DNA of 63,137 nucleotides, filler included. It is 3 parts of 3 records of this genome, joined end to end, with 100 filler letters (N's around TTAATTAATTAA, not from the genome) between each part and the next. Parts side by side here need not be neighbours in the genome. Positions count along the whole stretch, not along the records: positions 26,653 to 46,465 come from SRR20825019_538; positions 46,566 to 63,137 come from SRR20825019_539; 1 more part is not named here. The stretch is one strand, 5' to 3'. Both the position numbers and the translations under genes were made by a program. The notes below the pieces were generated by a model. It was not told the origin of the DNA. It saw only the letters and a list, made by a program, of their open reading frames with translations, and did not search any database. This document shows, one piece after another, positions 42,189 through 51,651 of the stretch; position 1 is the first letter of the stretch, and each line of letters opens with the position of its first letter.

Positions 42189-42340
42189 GCGTCCGGCGAA
42201 ACCCATCTGGCGGGATCTGAAGATCGTCACTACGCTCAACCGCGTTGACGTAGGTCCAAAGGCAACAGCTCATCGAGACGGTTGATCTTTTGCCCGGCGA
42301 TACGGCCGAGCACATCCGTCAACCAAGCCTTAGCGTTCCG
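42185..42340 (-). pseudogene. IS66 family remnant: transposase C-terminus plus terminal inverted repeat
   Basis: 42236-42340 translates to NAKAWLTDVLGRIAGQKINRLDELLP (IS66 C-terminal motif); TGAGCGTCCGGCGAAACCCATCT resembles an IS66 end. Confidence 0.75.
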
Positions 42341-42543
42341 GCTGCCACTATGAGTTTGACCTTGCCGAAGAGCTCCATCTGCCGATTTTCGCACTGGCTG
42401 AACGAGACACCCAGATCAACCAAACTTCAATTCGGGGTGAGGTCAGATACTATGACAATCTCTATCAGCTCACCTAACTCTCAAGCGAGCTTTGGTTACA
42501 TAATGACGGGCTGTCGCTAAACGCGATCATCGGCTGTCGAGCC

Positions 42544-43653
42544 TTATCCGCCGCTTCCAGGAACGGCCGTTCTATGCGTACGCGAGATCAGCAGGGCGTA
42601 GACATCAATCAGCCCAGTCGTTGTATTGACGTTGGTGGGCCAGGTCTCGCTGCTTTGATGGAATGACGTGAGGGCGCGTTTCGTCTTTGCCCCAAGCATT
42701 CCGTCGATTTGACCGTCATAGAGCCCCCGCGTCGCAAGTTCGCGTTGAATCTCTTTCTTTCGTTCATGCATACTCAGGCTCCGAAAGCGCCGCATGCCCT
42801 CGGCGATCCTTACAGCAGAGGCCTTTTCGCCGGAAATACAGGCCCGCGCTGATTGGCCGAAAACGACCCCCATAGCACCAGCGACGGCTGCTCTCGACAA
42901 GGTCATCTGAGCCGTGTGAATGTTTTCGTCCACAACGCGCTTGGGGCCCTGCAAGTTGACACCTACTCGGTCGAATCCCAACACGATTTCGACGGTCACG
43001 CTTTCATTCGTGATCGTCATGGAAAGCTCAATTGAGCCGAGCGTCTTGGTAACACCGCCAACCTCGGACAACTGTGCAGAGAATATAATTGTTCTGTTCT
43101 CAGTACGGCTCGACGCACCGAAGCTGAACCGCATGTTCGAATCATTTACCGATCCTGAGCCGCCGCTGCCCGAGAGACCGGCGGGATCACCGAAACCAAT
43201 GAATGCTCCTTCCAGAATCATCAAGCGCCCGACACCGTGCCGGCGCTTCAGGGCGCCAATCATTTCATCGCTGATGTCGATCCCATTTGAATAGAGCTGC
43301 ACTACCTCTGCGTGGGGCCGTGACACCGTTTTGACGTGTTTGTTCCCAAAGTGCCGAATGATCGCGTCGATCGCGGATCGGCCGGTGCCTTGGCTAAGCT
43401 TCCCGGGAACGGAGAACCTGGAGCTCTGTGTCCCATCCTCGAAACCCACAATGTACAAGAGGATTGTATCATCCCTCGGCAACTGTCGTGCGGCTATGAC
43501 CTCCGCCTGGCAGGCGAGAACGCCGTCAGCCGTTGAAACATTGTTCGTCGGTGTGTTTTTAGGGTGGCTGTTTCCACGGCCGTCGATTGTCGTGCAACCT
43601 GCCAACAACAGAAATGCTAGGCAGGCCAACACTTTGAGAAGATGCTTTTCCAT
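42544..43653 (-). CDS. CsgG/HfaB-like lipoprotein with C-terminal peptidoglycan-binding domain
   Basis: LAGC lipobox; PTNNVS...LAC...IVGFEDGT...LSQG resembles the HfaB/CsgG N-terminus; IQRELATRGLYDGQIDGMLGAKTKRAL PG_binding_1 motif. Confidence 0.65.
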   Translation of the reverse strand: MEKHLLKVLACLAFLLLAGCTTIDGRGNSHPKNTPTNNVSTADGVLACQAEVIAARQLPRDDTILLYIVGFEDGTQSSRFSVPGKLSQGTGRSAIDAIIRHFGNKHVKTVSRPHAEVVQLYSNGIDISDEMIGALKRRHGVGRLMILEGAFIGFGDPAGLSGSGGSGSVNDSNMRFSFGASSRTENRTIIFSAQLSEVGGVTKTLGSIELSMTITNESVTVEIVLGFDRVGVNLQGPKRVVDENIHTAQMTLSRAAVAGAMGVVFGQSARACISGEKASAVRIAEGMRRFRSLSMHERKKEIQRELATRGLYDGQIDGMLGAKTKRALTSFHQSSETWPTNVNTTTGLIDVYALLISRTHRTAVPGSGG

Positions 43654-43731
43654 ATTGGTCTCCTGGTTTCTCTGGTTTCGATTGCGGAGCACGGCGGCAG
43701 CGCTGCCGCCGTGCCCCCAACATGTTGGCGA

Positions 43732-44112
43732 TCACCTCACGCAGGTCATGACGAGTGTGCCGACCCGCGCTGTTTGGTGAATGTTGCCTGAACCCGACGC
43801 AACGTTGAGTGTCGGGCTGCAGCGGGGACGAACCGGTCCTCGCGCCCAAAGCGTTGTCGACCCGAGACCCACCACACCAAGGTAGGTTTCCGTGCTAACG
43901 AACCTCGCCAAACCACCGACGAGTTCGCTACCAGCCATCGCGGTTACCGCCATCGCGTCCACGCTCGGGATCGTCGAGAGGGCTTGTGGAACCGAAGGCA
44001 ACGGCGGTTCCGCAGATGCGGGACTGGTTCCGAGCACTGCAGTCGCCAAGGCGCAGGCCCGTAGCAGTGACGGCGTACAGACCGACCTGCGCATCCGATT
44101 ACTGGCCGACAT
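43732..44112 (-). CDS. small secreted protein with a C-terminal Cys pair
   Basis: Signal peptide ending ASA; C-terminal CSPTLNV...GTLVMTCVR; overlaps the upstream gene by 14 nt. Confidence 0.6.
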   Translation of the reverse strand: MSASNRMRRSVCTPSLLRACALATAVLGTSPASAEPPLPSVPQALSTIPSVDAMAVTAMAGSELVGGLARFVSTETYLGVVGLGSTTLWARGPVRPRCSPTLNVASGSGNIHQTARVGTLVMTCVR

Positions 44113-44434
44113 AGTTCATCGCCGACGTCGACCCTGGTGATCGATCCATCACCCAGACAACGCTTGTCGCACGTGCATTTCCAGTAATCTCGCTGTCGCG
44201 GATGACGCCGTTCTTGACCCTCACCACGTTCATTCCTTGTACCGAGTTCGGGCTTCGGGTCATGGTGCCGACTACCGATGTGGCGTCAGCTTCGAGCGTG
44301 ATCGTCGTCTTCTCGATGGTCAGTGACCTCGCCTCCTGCGCGGACGCCGCGGGTGCCGTAGCAATGACGGCGGCGAGCGCCAGGACCGCAGCCCCGACGA
44401 CGCGAGGGTTGTAGTTAACCTTTCGGTTCATCAT
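44099..44434 (-). CDS. small secreted protein made of two 38-aa-period beta-rich repeats
   Basis: GGAGG RBS; signal peptide ending ASA; repeats ITLEADATSVVGTMTRSPNSVQGMNVV and ITGNARATSVVWVMDRSPGSTSAMNYV. Confidence 0.8.
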   Translation of the reverse strand: MMNRKVNYNPRVVGAAVLALAAVIATAPAASAQEARSLTIEKTTITLEADATSVVGTMTRSPNSVQGMNVVRVKNGVIRDSEITGNARATSVVWVMDRSPGSTSAMNYVGQ

Positions 44435-44594
44435 GTTTTCCTCCATGATCTGGAGCGATCTGGCTCCGTTGCTCTCACCCGGATGGATGAGATGCAGTCA
44501 CACTGAAGTCGGACGACTTGAGTGTCATTTCGTGGGGTTGCGTGGACGCTGCTTTTCTTTTGCGCCGACTTGCGCGCAGTTGCGTGGAAATGAG

Positions 44595-45803
44595 ATGGTC
44601 AAGAAAATGGAAGACATCGATCCCATCATCGAAAAACTTTTCAGGAAAGATAAAGGCGACAACAGAAGAAAAATGGCATCCGAAATATTTTTGAGATTAC
44701 TGGAAGCAAATTTCCCAGATCCGCGCATTTCACGTAAAGACTTTTGTGATGCACTGGAGCCAACAATTTCATCAGATATGGGCCGTAATGCTTGGGAAAG
44801 AATAGATGATTCAAAATATTCTAAGCATAGAAATGGAATTGAAAGCCCAGGAAAACACACGCTAAACCTTTATTTAAATTATTTTGAAAAAACTGCTGAG
44901 AAGTCAATTCTTACCAGTAGGCAAGTCGAATACGCGTGCAATGCACTCAAAGCTCTCTGGTCTGGGCAAAAACGAGTGCTCCAGTCACCCGAAGCGCGTC
45001 AAATCTGTATAGATGGTAAAATACCGGATACGCCTGAGGCGCCAGAAGCCCCGACCTCCAATGGAGGAAAACAGACGTCCACCACAACTGGGCACGCCGA
45101 AGAAGGCGTCTCCTCTGCTGAGCTGCCCAGGCTTCCACCAAATCCACTTGTTCGGCCGAATTGGCTGTCTGAGACTATCCTTGAAGACACCAGGTTCGAT
45201 GCGGACCAGCCTCTCGTGATGACCGAGGGGCCCTGGACCCCAGTGTCCGAACTGGGGCCAGGGGATAGGGCTGACGTCTACTGGCACCTCGTGGTTCAAA
45301 CGGTGAACGTCTCTTCCACTATCGATAACCGCGCGTACCAAGCCACCATCGGTACTTCGGAAGTGAACGTGGCGTTCTCGTCCAGCACCTGTGACGTTCA
45401 TACATACACGGTCGAGACCGGGTCGCTTCCAGTGGACCGGGTTACGCGCAGCAGCACCCCAAAAAAATACACGCTTCGCCATATCGCAGACGCAGCAGAC
45501 TCGAACGATCCAGGGGTCATCGAGGGGACCTATTTTGTGGGATCTCCTTTGGTAGACGCCAAGTCGTCGGGAGGCGAAGAAACCGTCTCATTTACGATCG
45601 ACGTAAGGACGAATGGCGGTGCATTTCGAGTGCTCCGGATGACGGAGGACAACGAACTCGTTCTAGGCCAGCATCTAACAGAGCAGAAAGACAAACTCAT
45701 CGGGGCAATTCTGCGCGCACAAGACCGGAAGACGAGAATAAATCTGCTGGATTTCTCGCTTTTCAAAGCAACTTACGAACCGGCCTTCGGAGACGACACG
45801 TGA
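44595..45803 (+). CDS. hypothetical protein, possible degenerate XRE-like HTH at the N-terminus
   Basis: ISRKDFCDAL...SKYSKHRNGIESPGKHTL, then a Pro/Thr linker and a beta-rich C-terminal domain; start uncertain. Confidence 0.65.
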   Translation: MVKKMEDIDPIIEKLFRKDKGDNRRKMASEIFLRLLEANFPDPRISRKDFCDALEPTISSDMGRNAWERIDDSKYSKHRNGIESPGKHTLNLYLNYFEKTAEKSILTSRQVEYACNALKALWSGQKRVLQSPEARQICIDGKIPDTPEAPEAPTSNGGKQTSTTTGHAEEGVSSAELPRLPPNPLVRPNWLSETILEDTRFDADQPLVMTEGPWTPVSELGPGDRADVYWHLVVQTVNVSSTIDNRAYQATIGTSEVNVAFSSSTCDVHTYTVETGSLPVDRVTRSSTPKKYTLRHIADAADSNDPGVIEGTYFVGSPLVDAKSSGGEETVSFTIDVRTNGGAFRVLRMTEDNELVLGQHLTEQKDKLIGAILRAQDRKTRINLLDFSLFKATYEPAFGDDT

Positions 45804-46465
45804 CCGTCCAAGAGGGCATTTTCGATTTGAAGGTGATAGCGGAGATCCTGAGACTTCCGAGTGACGACTTCTATACCATCTGCATCGAGTACGGCAGGCT
45901 GGATCCAGCAATCGACTTCCGCAACCTGGATCTCTCGGGCGTTGATTTCGGCAATGCGGATCTGGAGGGGTTCGATTTTTCCGGGGCAAACCTTGAAGGC
46001 TGTGACTTCAGGCGTGTGACAAATTTAGACAAGGCCACAGCGACAGGCGCGAGCATCAGAGGAGCAGTTCTACCGGAAGGGATGGCCCTCAATATCGGGG
46101 AACAAAAGAAACCGGGCCTCACTTCACAGGACGGCTCAATGCGATCCACGGGCTTTCCTGACGACATCGCCGCCCTTATCGAATTGGCCAGGAGGAGCTC
46201 CTCGCCCCAGGTTCTAACCGAATTGGCCCAGGACCCGACCCACAAGGTTCGGCAAGCGGTCGCGCTCAACACCAAGACCCCGACCGAGGTTCTAGGCTAC
46301 CTGGCCCAGGACCAGGTAGCCCTGGTTCGGAAAGCGGTCGCAGGCAATTCCACCACCCCGTCGGAGCTGCTGGCCGAACTGGCAAAAGATATGGAATCCC
46401 AGGTTAGGGAAGAGGTCGCGCGCAACAAAAGGACCCCGCCGGAGATGCTGGCCGAACTGGCAAAA
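45800..46465 (+). CDS. pentapeptide-repeat plus leucine-rich-variant (LRV) repeat protein, truncated by the contig end
   Basis: LDLSG VDFGN ADLEG FDFSG ANLEG pentapeptides; 26-aa repeats TP.E.L..LA.D....VR..VA.N. Confidence 0.85.
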
Positions 46466-46565
46466 NNNNNNNNNNNNNNNNNNNNNNNNNNNNNNNNNNN
46501 NNNNNNNNNTTAATTAATTAANNNNNNNNNNNNNNNNNNNNNNNNNNNNNNNNNNNNNNNNNNNN
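46466..46565. other. artificial contig spacer
   Basis: N runs with TTAATTAATTAA. Confidence 0.97.
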
Positions 46566-46916
46566 CAGCAAATGCTGGCCATTGGCCGCGCGCTGGTGAC
46601 CCAGCCGAGCCTGCTGATGCTGGATGAGCCGAGCCTTGGTCTTGCGCCCTTCCTGGTAGCCGAGATCTTTGGCATACTTCAAAAAATCAACCAGGAAGAA
46701 GGTATGTCGGTGCTCTTGGTAGAACAGAACGCCCTTGCCGCTCTGGAGATCGTCTCAGAAGGATATCTGATCGAGAACGGTCGTGTTGTCATGAACGGCA
46801 CAGCGGCGGCCCTCAAATCCAACTCCGACATTCAGGAATTTTATCTCGGAGGTGGTGAAGGTACGGATTTCCACAATGTCAAACACTACAGCCGACGCAA
46901 ACGTTGGTTGAGTTGA
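46566..46916 (+). CDS. LivF-like ABC ATPase, C-terminal part
   Basis: QQMLAIGRAL...LDEPSLGLAP...LLVEQNA...QEFYLG. Confidence 0.92.
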   Translation, partial: QQMLAIGRALVTQPSLLMLDEPSLGLAPFLVAEIFGILQKINQEEGMSVLLVEQNALAALEIVSEGYLIENGRVVMNGTAAALKSNSDIQEFYLGGGEGTDFHNVKHYSRRKRWLS

Positions 46917-46949
46917 GGTTCCAAACAGGCACTGTTCAGGGAGGAAGAA

Positions 46950-48188
46950 ATGAGATTACTTACTAGGGCGTTAACCGTAATATCTATGTTGGGTGGCATG
47001 ACTGCCGGGACACAGGTTCTGGCCGAGCCATTCAAGGTGGGTGTCTGCTACGATCTCAGCAAGGCATATACTTTCGCCACACCGCAGGTTTCGCAGGCCG
47101 CGTTGGATCTGGCAAAGCTCATAAACAAGAAGGGCGGTATCGGTGGTGAGCCGGTGGAAGTCATCGTGCGCGACCACGGCAACGAACCACAGCGCGGAAT
47201 CGAATGCTATTCAAGGCTCAGCCGCGAGGGTGTCTTTGTCTTCGATACGCTGTCCACACCGGTGTCCCTGGCAATTCTGCCGCGCGCCATGGAAGACGGA
47301 CGCATTCTGATGCAGTCGCTTGTCGGACGCGGCGATGCCGTGGATGGCACTGTCTTTGACTGGGTTTATCCTATCGGACCGACCTATTGGGGCCAGGCCG
47401 CCAACGATGTTGCCTACATCAAACAATTGCACGACGGCGATCTGTCCGACGTGAAGGTCGGATTCGTGTATTTCGATTATCCATTCGGTCAGGAGCCGAT
47501 CGAAATTCTCCAGACCCTGTCCGAGAAAGAGGGTTTTGAGCTGGAACTTTATCCGGTTCCGTTGCCCGGCAGCGATCAGGCCGGTGTCTGGTCCAAGGTG
47601 CGCCGCGACAAGCCCGATCATGTGATTGTCTGGATGTTGGGCGGAGCGCATGTGGTTGCGTCCAAGGAGATGCAGCGCAATCGCATTCCGATGGAGAAAT
47701 ACATTTCGGTCAACTGGCTGAACGAGGTCGACATCGCCAATATCGGCAACGAGGCAGCCATCGGTCTCAAGCGCGGAACCAACGTGGTGGGCGGCCAGGA
47801 CGTTGCCTTGCGCCAAGAGATGATCACCGAGCTCTATGACAAGGGAGAAGGCTCCGGCCCACTGGAGAAAACAGAGGACGTTTTCTACAATACCGGGCTG
47901 GCGATGTATTCGATCGTATTCGAGGCTGCTCGCAGGGCGGCGGAGGCCGAGGGCCTTCCGATCACGGCGCAGTCCTACAAGGCGGCTCTGGAGACGCTCG
48001 AAGATTATGACGCCAACGGACTGATGGCGCCGATTACAGTGACAGCAGAGGATCACGGCGGCGGCGGCAAGACCCGGATCGAGATGTGGGACGGCGAAAC
48101 CTGGGTTCCGCAAACCGACTGGATCTCGGAATACAGCGATGTCGTGTGGGATGTGGTCAAGGAAAGTTCCTCGAAATACGGGGAGTGA
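46950..48188 (+). CDS. branched-chain-type ABC substrate-binding protein 1
   Basis: Signal peptide, INKKGGIGG, GPTYW and DHGGGG. Confidence 0.88.
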   Translation: MRLLTRALTVISMLGGMTAGTQVLAEPFKVGVCYDLSKAYTFATPQVSQAALDLAKLINKKGGIGGEPVEVIVRDHGNEPQRGIECYSRLSREGVFVFDTLSTPVSLAILPRAMEDGRILMQSLVGRGDAVDGTVFDWVYPIGPTYWGQAANDVAYIKQLHDGDLSDVKVGFVYFDYPFGQEPIEILQTLSEKEGFELELYPVPLPGSDQAGVWSKVRRDKPDHVIVWMLGGAHVVASKEMQRNRIPMEKYISVNWLNEVDIANIGNEAAIGLKRGTNVVGGQDVALRQEMITELYDKGEGSGPLEKTEDVFYNTGLAMYSIVFEAARRAAEAEGLPITAQSYKAALETLEDYDANGLMAPITVTAEDHGGGGKTRIEMWDGETWVPQTDWISEYSDVVWDVVKESSSKYGE

Positions 48189-48276
48189 CCACGTTCCCAG
48201 AAGGGTCGGCGTATACGAGCGGCAGCGCGCCCGAACAACAATAAGCCGCCAAATTTTTATCAACGGGAGAGAAAAG

Positions 48277-49527
48277 ATGAAGATCAAACAACATATCAAG
48301 GCGGTGGCACTCACCGCTGCGCTGGCGACTGGCGCAACGATGGCGTCCGCGCAGGACAAGGAACCGATCCGGTTCGGACTGTGCTTCGACCTCAGCAAGT
48401 CGTACACCTTCATTTCGCCACAAGTCGCCCAGGCCGCACAGGACCTTGCGATGTACACGAATGAAAACGGAGGCATCGAAGGCCATCCGGTCGAGATCGT
48501 CGTGCGCGATCACGGCAACGAACCCCAGCGCGGCGTGGAATGTTACGAGCAGCTCAAGCGCGACGGTGTTTTCATCTTCAACTTTCTGTCCACACCGGTC
48601 ACGAACGCTGTACTTCCGCGCGCCATGAAGGACGGCAATGTTCTGATGCAGTCGTTCGTCGGCCGTGGCGACGCGGTGGACGGCGAAGTGTTTGAATGGG
48701 TTTTCCCGGTAGGTCCGACCTACTGGCAGCAGGCTGCAAACGACGTCGCCTTCATCAAAAATCAAATGGACGGCGATCTGGGGGACGCGAAGATCGGCTT
48801 CGTCTATCTGGACTATCCGTTCGGCCAGGAGCCGATCGAAATCCTGAAAACCCTGTCCGAGAAAGAAGGCTTTGACTTGGAACTCTATCCGGTACCGCTG
48901 CCGGGTTCGGATCAGTCCGGCGCGTGGAGTAAGATCCGCCGCGACAAGCCTGACTATGTAATCAGCTGGCTGCTGGCCGGCGGTCATGTGGTCGCCTCCA
49001 AGGAAATGCGCCGCAACCGCTTTCCGATCGACCGCTATCTCTCGGTCAATTGGCTGAACGAAGTCGACATCGCCAACATCGGCGCGGAAGAGGCGAAGGG
49101 CATCCTTCGCGGGACCAACGTGGCCGGTGGCCAGGACGTCCCAATCGTGAAAACGATGCTGGAAACCTACTATGCCAACGGTAAAGGCAGCGGCCCCGAA
49201 AGCCTGGTGCGTGATGTGTACTACAACACCGGCATGGCGATCTATTCCGCTGGTTTCGAAGCCGCGCGCATCGCAATTACCGAGAATGGCTGGCCGATCA
49301 CACCGGAAAGCATGAAGAATGCCTATGAATCGATCGAGAACTTCGATGGCGATGGCGTCATGGCTCCGGTCACCGTAACCGGCGAGGACCACGGTGGCGG
49401 CGGCAAGACCCGCGTTGAGCAGTGGGATGGCGAAACCTGGGTTCCGCTGACCGACTGGAGCGCCGACTACCTCGACGTGGTGTGGGACGTGATCAAGGAA
49501 AGCTCCGAAAAGTTCACCGTCGAGTGA
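48277..49527 (+). CDS. branched-chain-type ABC substrate-binding protein 2 (paralog of protein 1)
   Basis: Long blocks identical to 46950-48188, e.g. RDHGNEPQRG and DYPFGQEPIEIL. Confidence 0.88.
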   Translation: MKIKQHIKAVALTAALATGATMASAQDKEPIRFGLCFDLSKSYTFISPQVAQAAQDLAMYTNENGGIEGHPVEIVVRDHGNEPQRGVECYEQLKRDGVFIFNFLSTPVTNAVLPRAMKDGNVLMQSFVGRGDAVDGEVFEWVFPVGPTYWQQAANDVAFIKNQMDGDLGDAKIGFVYLDYPFGQEPIEILKTLSEKEGFDLELYPVPLPGSDQSGAWSKIRRDKPDYVISWLLAGGHVVASKEMRRNRFPIDRYLSVNWLNEVDIANIGAEEAKGILRGTNVAGGQDVPIVKTMLETYYANGKGSGPESLVRDVYYNTGMAIYSAGFEAARIAITENGWPITPESMKNAYESIENFDGDGVMAPVTVTGEDHGGGGKTRVEQWDGETWVPLTDWSADYLDVVWDVIKESSEKFTVE

Positions 49528-49616
49528 ACCAGACCTTCCCCGCGACAGTAATGTCGCGGGGAAACCTTTCACCGCCATTCGCATCAAGCAGATGCCAAAG
49601 AGACGAAGCAGTTATC

Positions 49617-50393
49617 ATGAGCCCAATCGAAGTGACAATTGAAGACGGCATTGCGACCGTCTGTATCAACCGGCCCGAGCGCAAGAATGCATTGTCCGTC
49701 GCCGCGACGAACGGTCTGACCGATGCCTGGGAGAAAATCGAATCGGATGACTCCATCCGGGTAGCCATTCTGACATCGTCCGATTGCGGTGTGTTCAGCG
49801 CCGGACTGGACCTCAAGGAAGCAACCCAGATCGCGCGGGACGAGGGCGTCGATATCCTGAGCAAGATGCGCGATCCGTTTCACGAAACCATGCGCGCTTG
49901 CAAAAAGCCGATCATCGCTGCCATGACCGGATCCTTGATGGCCGGTGGTATGATGTTGACACTGAACTGCGATCTCCGTGTCGGCCTCAAAGGCACCAAG
50001 GTGGGCATTACCGAAGTGAAGATCGGGCGCGGGTCGCCTTGGGCGGCTCCGGCGCTGTCGATGCTGCCACAGCCCATTCTCATGGAAATTGTTCTGACCG
50101 GTGATCTGATGCCGATTGAGCGGCTGCATGATTACGGGTTTACCAATTATCTCGAAGATACGCCCGACGACGTGCGTGCGCGGGCATATGCCCTTGCCAA
50201 ACGAATCGCCGGTATGGCCCCGCTTTCTGTTGTGGCGGCAAAGGGCAGCGTTCGCGCCACCATGGATCTGGGCTGTGCAGACGGTCTGGAAGAGGGCAAG
50301 CGCCTGCATGAGGTCGTTTATGCCAGCAATGACGCGATCGAAGGCCCTAAGGCTTTCGCCGAAAAACGCGATCCGGTCTGGACCGGGACATGA
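49617..50393 (+). CDS. enoyl-CoA hydratase/isomerase family protein
   Basis: NRPERKNAL, FSAGLDL, KPIIAA and AFAEKR. Confidence 0.9.
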   Translation: MSPIEVTIEDGIATVCINRPERKNALSVAATNGLTDAWEKIESDDSIRVAILTSSDCGVFSAGLDLKEATQIARDEGVDILSKMRDPFHETMRACKKPIIAAMTGSLMAGGMMLTLNCDLRVGLKGTKVGITEVKIGRGSPWAAPALSMLPQPILMEIVLTGDLMPIERLHDYGFTNYLEDTPDDVRARAYALAKRIAGMAPLSVVAAKGSVRATMDLGCADGLEEGKRLHEVVYASNDAIEGPKAFAEKRDPVWTGT

Positions 50394-51187
50394 CGAAGGT
50401 CGACAAGACCGAGCTTATGCGCCTCGAAAGGGATGGCCCTGTCGGCATCCTGCGCTTTCTGCAGTCCGACAAACGCAACCCTTACAGCATTGCCTTTGCC
50501 GAGGAATTGGTAACGCAACTGCACGCAGCCGAACGGGACGATACGATCCGGGCCGTGGTGATGACCGGTGGCGATCATTTCAGCAGCGGTGGAGATCTGG
50601 TCGGTTTCCAGTCCGAAATCACCAAGGGGGCCAGGGCCACGTCCGAAATGATCGACGAGGTTCATGAAGGCGGGCGGGCTGCATATCGCTTTCGCAAACC
50701 ACTGATTTCCGCCGTCTGCGGGGTGGCCTATGGTGCCGGTCTGAGTCTGGCGTTGTCGGCGGATATTGTCGTCGCGGCCGAAGACGCCCGGTTGTGCGAG
50801 GTTTTTGCCCGTGTGGGCGGCTGCCCAGACACCGGGTCGAGCTGGTTGCTTCAGCAACGCGCCGGCGCGGGGGTGGCGCGCATGCTTGTGCTTACCGGTC
50901 GGGAGATCGACGGTCGCACCGCCAAAGATCTGCGGGTTGTGGAAGAATGCGTTCCGGCCGATCAGGTCGAAGCACGGGCGCTTGAAACCGCCCGCGAGAT
51001 TGCCCGACATCCAATGTTCGGAGTTCAGACAGCCAAGCGGGTGATGCGCGCCGCGGCGGAATGCGGCTATCTCGAAGCATTGGATATCGAGCGGGATGCC
51101 CAGAGTATTCTGCTCTGCGCGCATGACTTTCCGGAAGCCATGAAGGCGTTTTCCGAAAAACGAAAGCCTGAATTCAAAGACCGGTAA
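50390..51187 (+). CDS. enoyl-CoA hydratase/isomerase family protein
   Basis: FSSGGDL, KPLISAVCGVAYGAG, PDTG and AFSEKRKPEF. Confidence 0.9.
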   Translation: MTKVDKTELMRLERDGPVGILRFLQSDKRNPYSIAFAEELVTQLHAAERDDTIRAVVMTGGDHFSSGGDLVGFQSEITKGARATSEMIDEVHEGGRAAYRFRKPLISAVCGVAYGAGLSLALSADIVVAAEDARLCEVFARVGGCPDTGSSWLLQQRAGAGVARMLVLTGREIDGRTAKDLRVVEECVPADQVEARALETAREIARHPMFGVQTAKRVMRAAAECGYLEALDIERDAQSILLCAHDFPEAMKAFSEKRKPEFKDR

Positions 51188-51595
51188 AGCCGTCGAATAA
51201 ACGTCAGGAACGTGACAGGACCGCAGATGAATGTACCCGTACCGGGAAGCCGGGACGGTGAACCGGAAGAAACTGCAGTCGAATTGCCGCCAAGAAGGAA
51301 ACGCGGTTGGAAAACGGGGCAAACGCAAACGCCCTGTGCGCATCAGCGCGCCGATGCGGTTCAAGGTTGTGATCGACAGGGATGGGGAAGCACATGCCTT
51401 CGAAGACAGGGATTTTGATCCGGTCCCAAGACACTGACCCCCAATACCAAACACTTAAAGAACGCCCGCTGATCGCAGCGAGTCTTTTTGATAAGGTGGT
51501 AGGGATATCGGTATCAGTTTCGAGATTTTCGTGAGGCGCAAGTCTGCGCAAAGCAACTGCTTTGCTCACACGGGCTCTCGATCGTTGTCAAAAAA

Positions 51596-51611
51596 CAAAA
51601 CACTTGTTAGA
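51596..51611. promoter_or_regulatory. degenerate operator copy CAAAACA-CT-TGTTAGA
   Basis: Perfect right half-site; TTGTCA lies just upstream; precedes the acyl-CoA dehydrogenase. Confidence 0.55.
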
Positions 51612-51651
51612 TTCCGGCGGGATACCAACAAGGCTGAACAGGAAAAGAAAC

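Larger units (their letters stand above)
26653..46465. mobile_element. integrative (mobilizable-type) genomic island, incomplete
   Basis: att-like end, integrase, excisionase-like gene, VirD4-like T4CP, ArdA, DUF736, MobC, hipBA and AT-rich cargo. Confidence 0.85.

Noticed and set aside
46190-46465. 78-bp periodic repeats as a possible CRISPR array
   Set aside because: They are in-frame LRV protein repeats; no repeat-spacer array or cas genes were seen in the window
47211-49587. 421-aa and 476-aa minus-strand ORFs
   Set aside because: Antisense shadows of the two substrate-binding protein genes
51190-51590. Short ORFs between the crotonase and ACAD genes
   Set aside because: Mutually overlapping, no motifs, no convincing RBS; treated as intergenic
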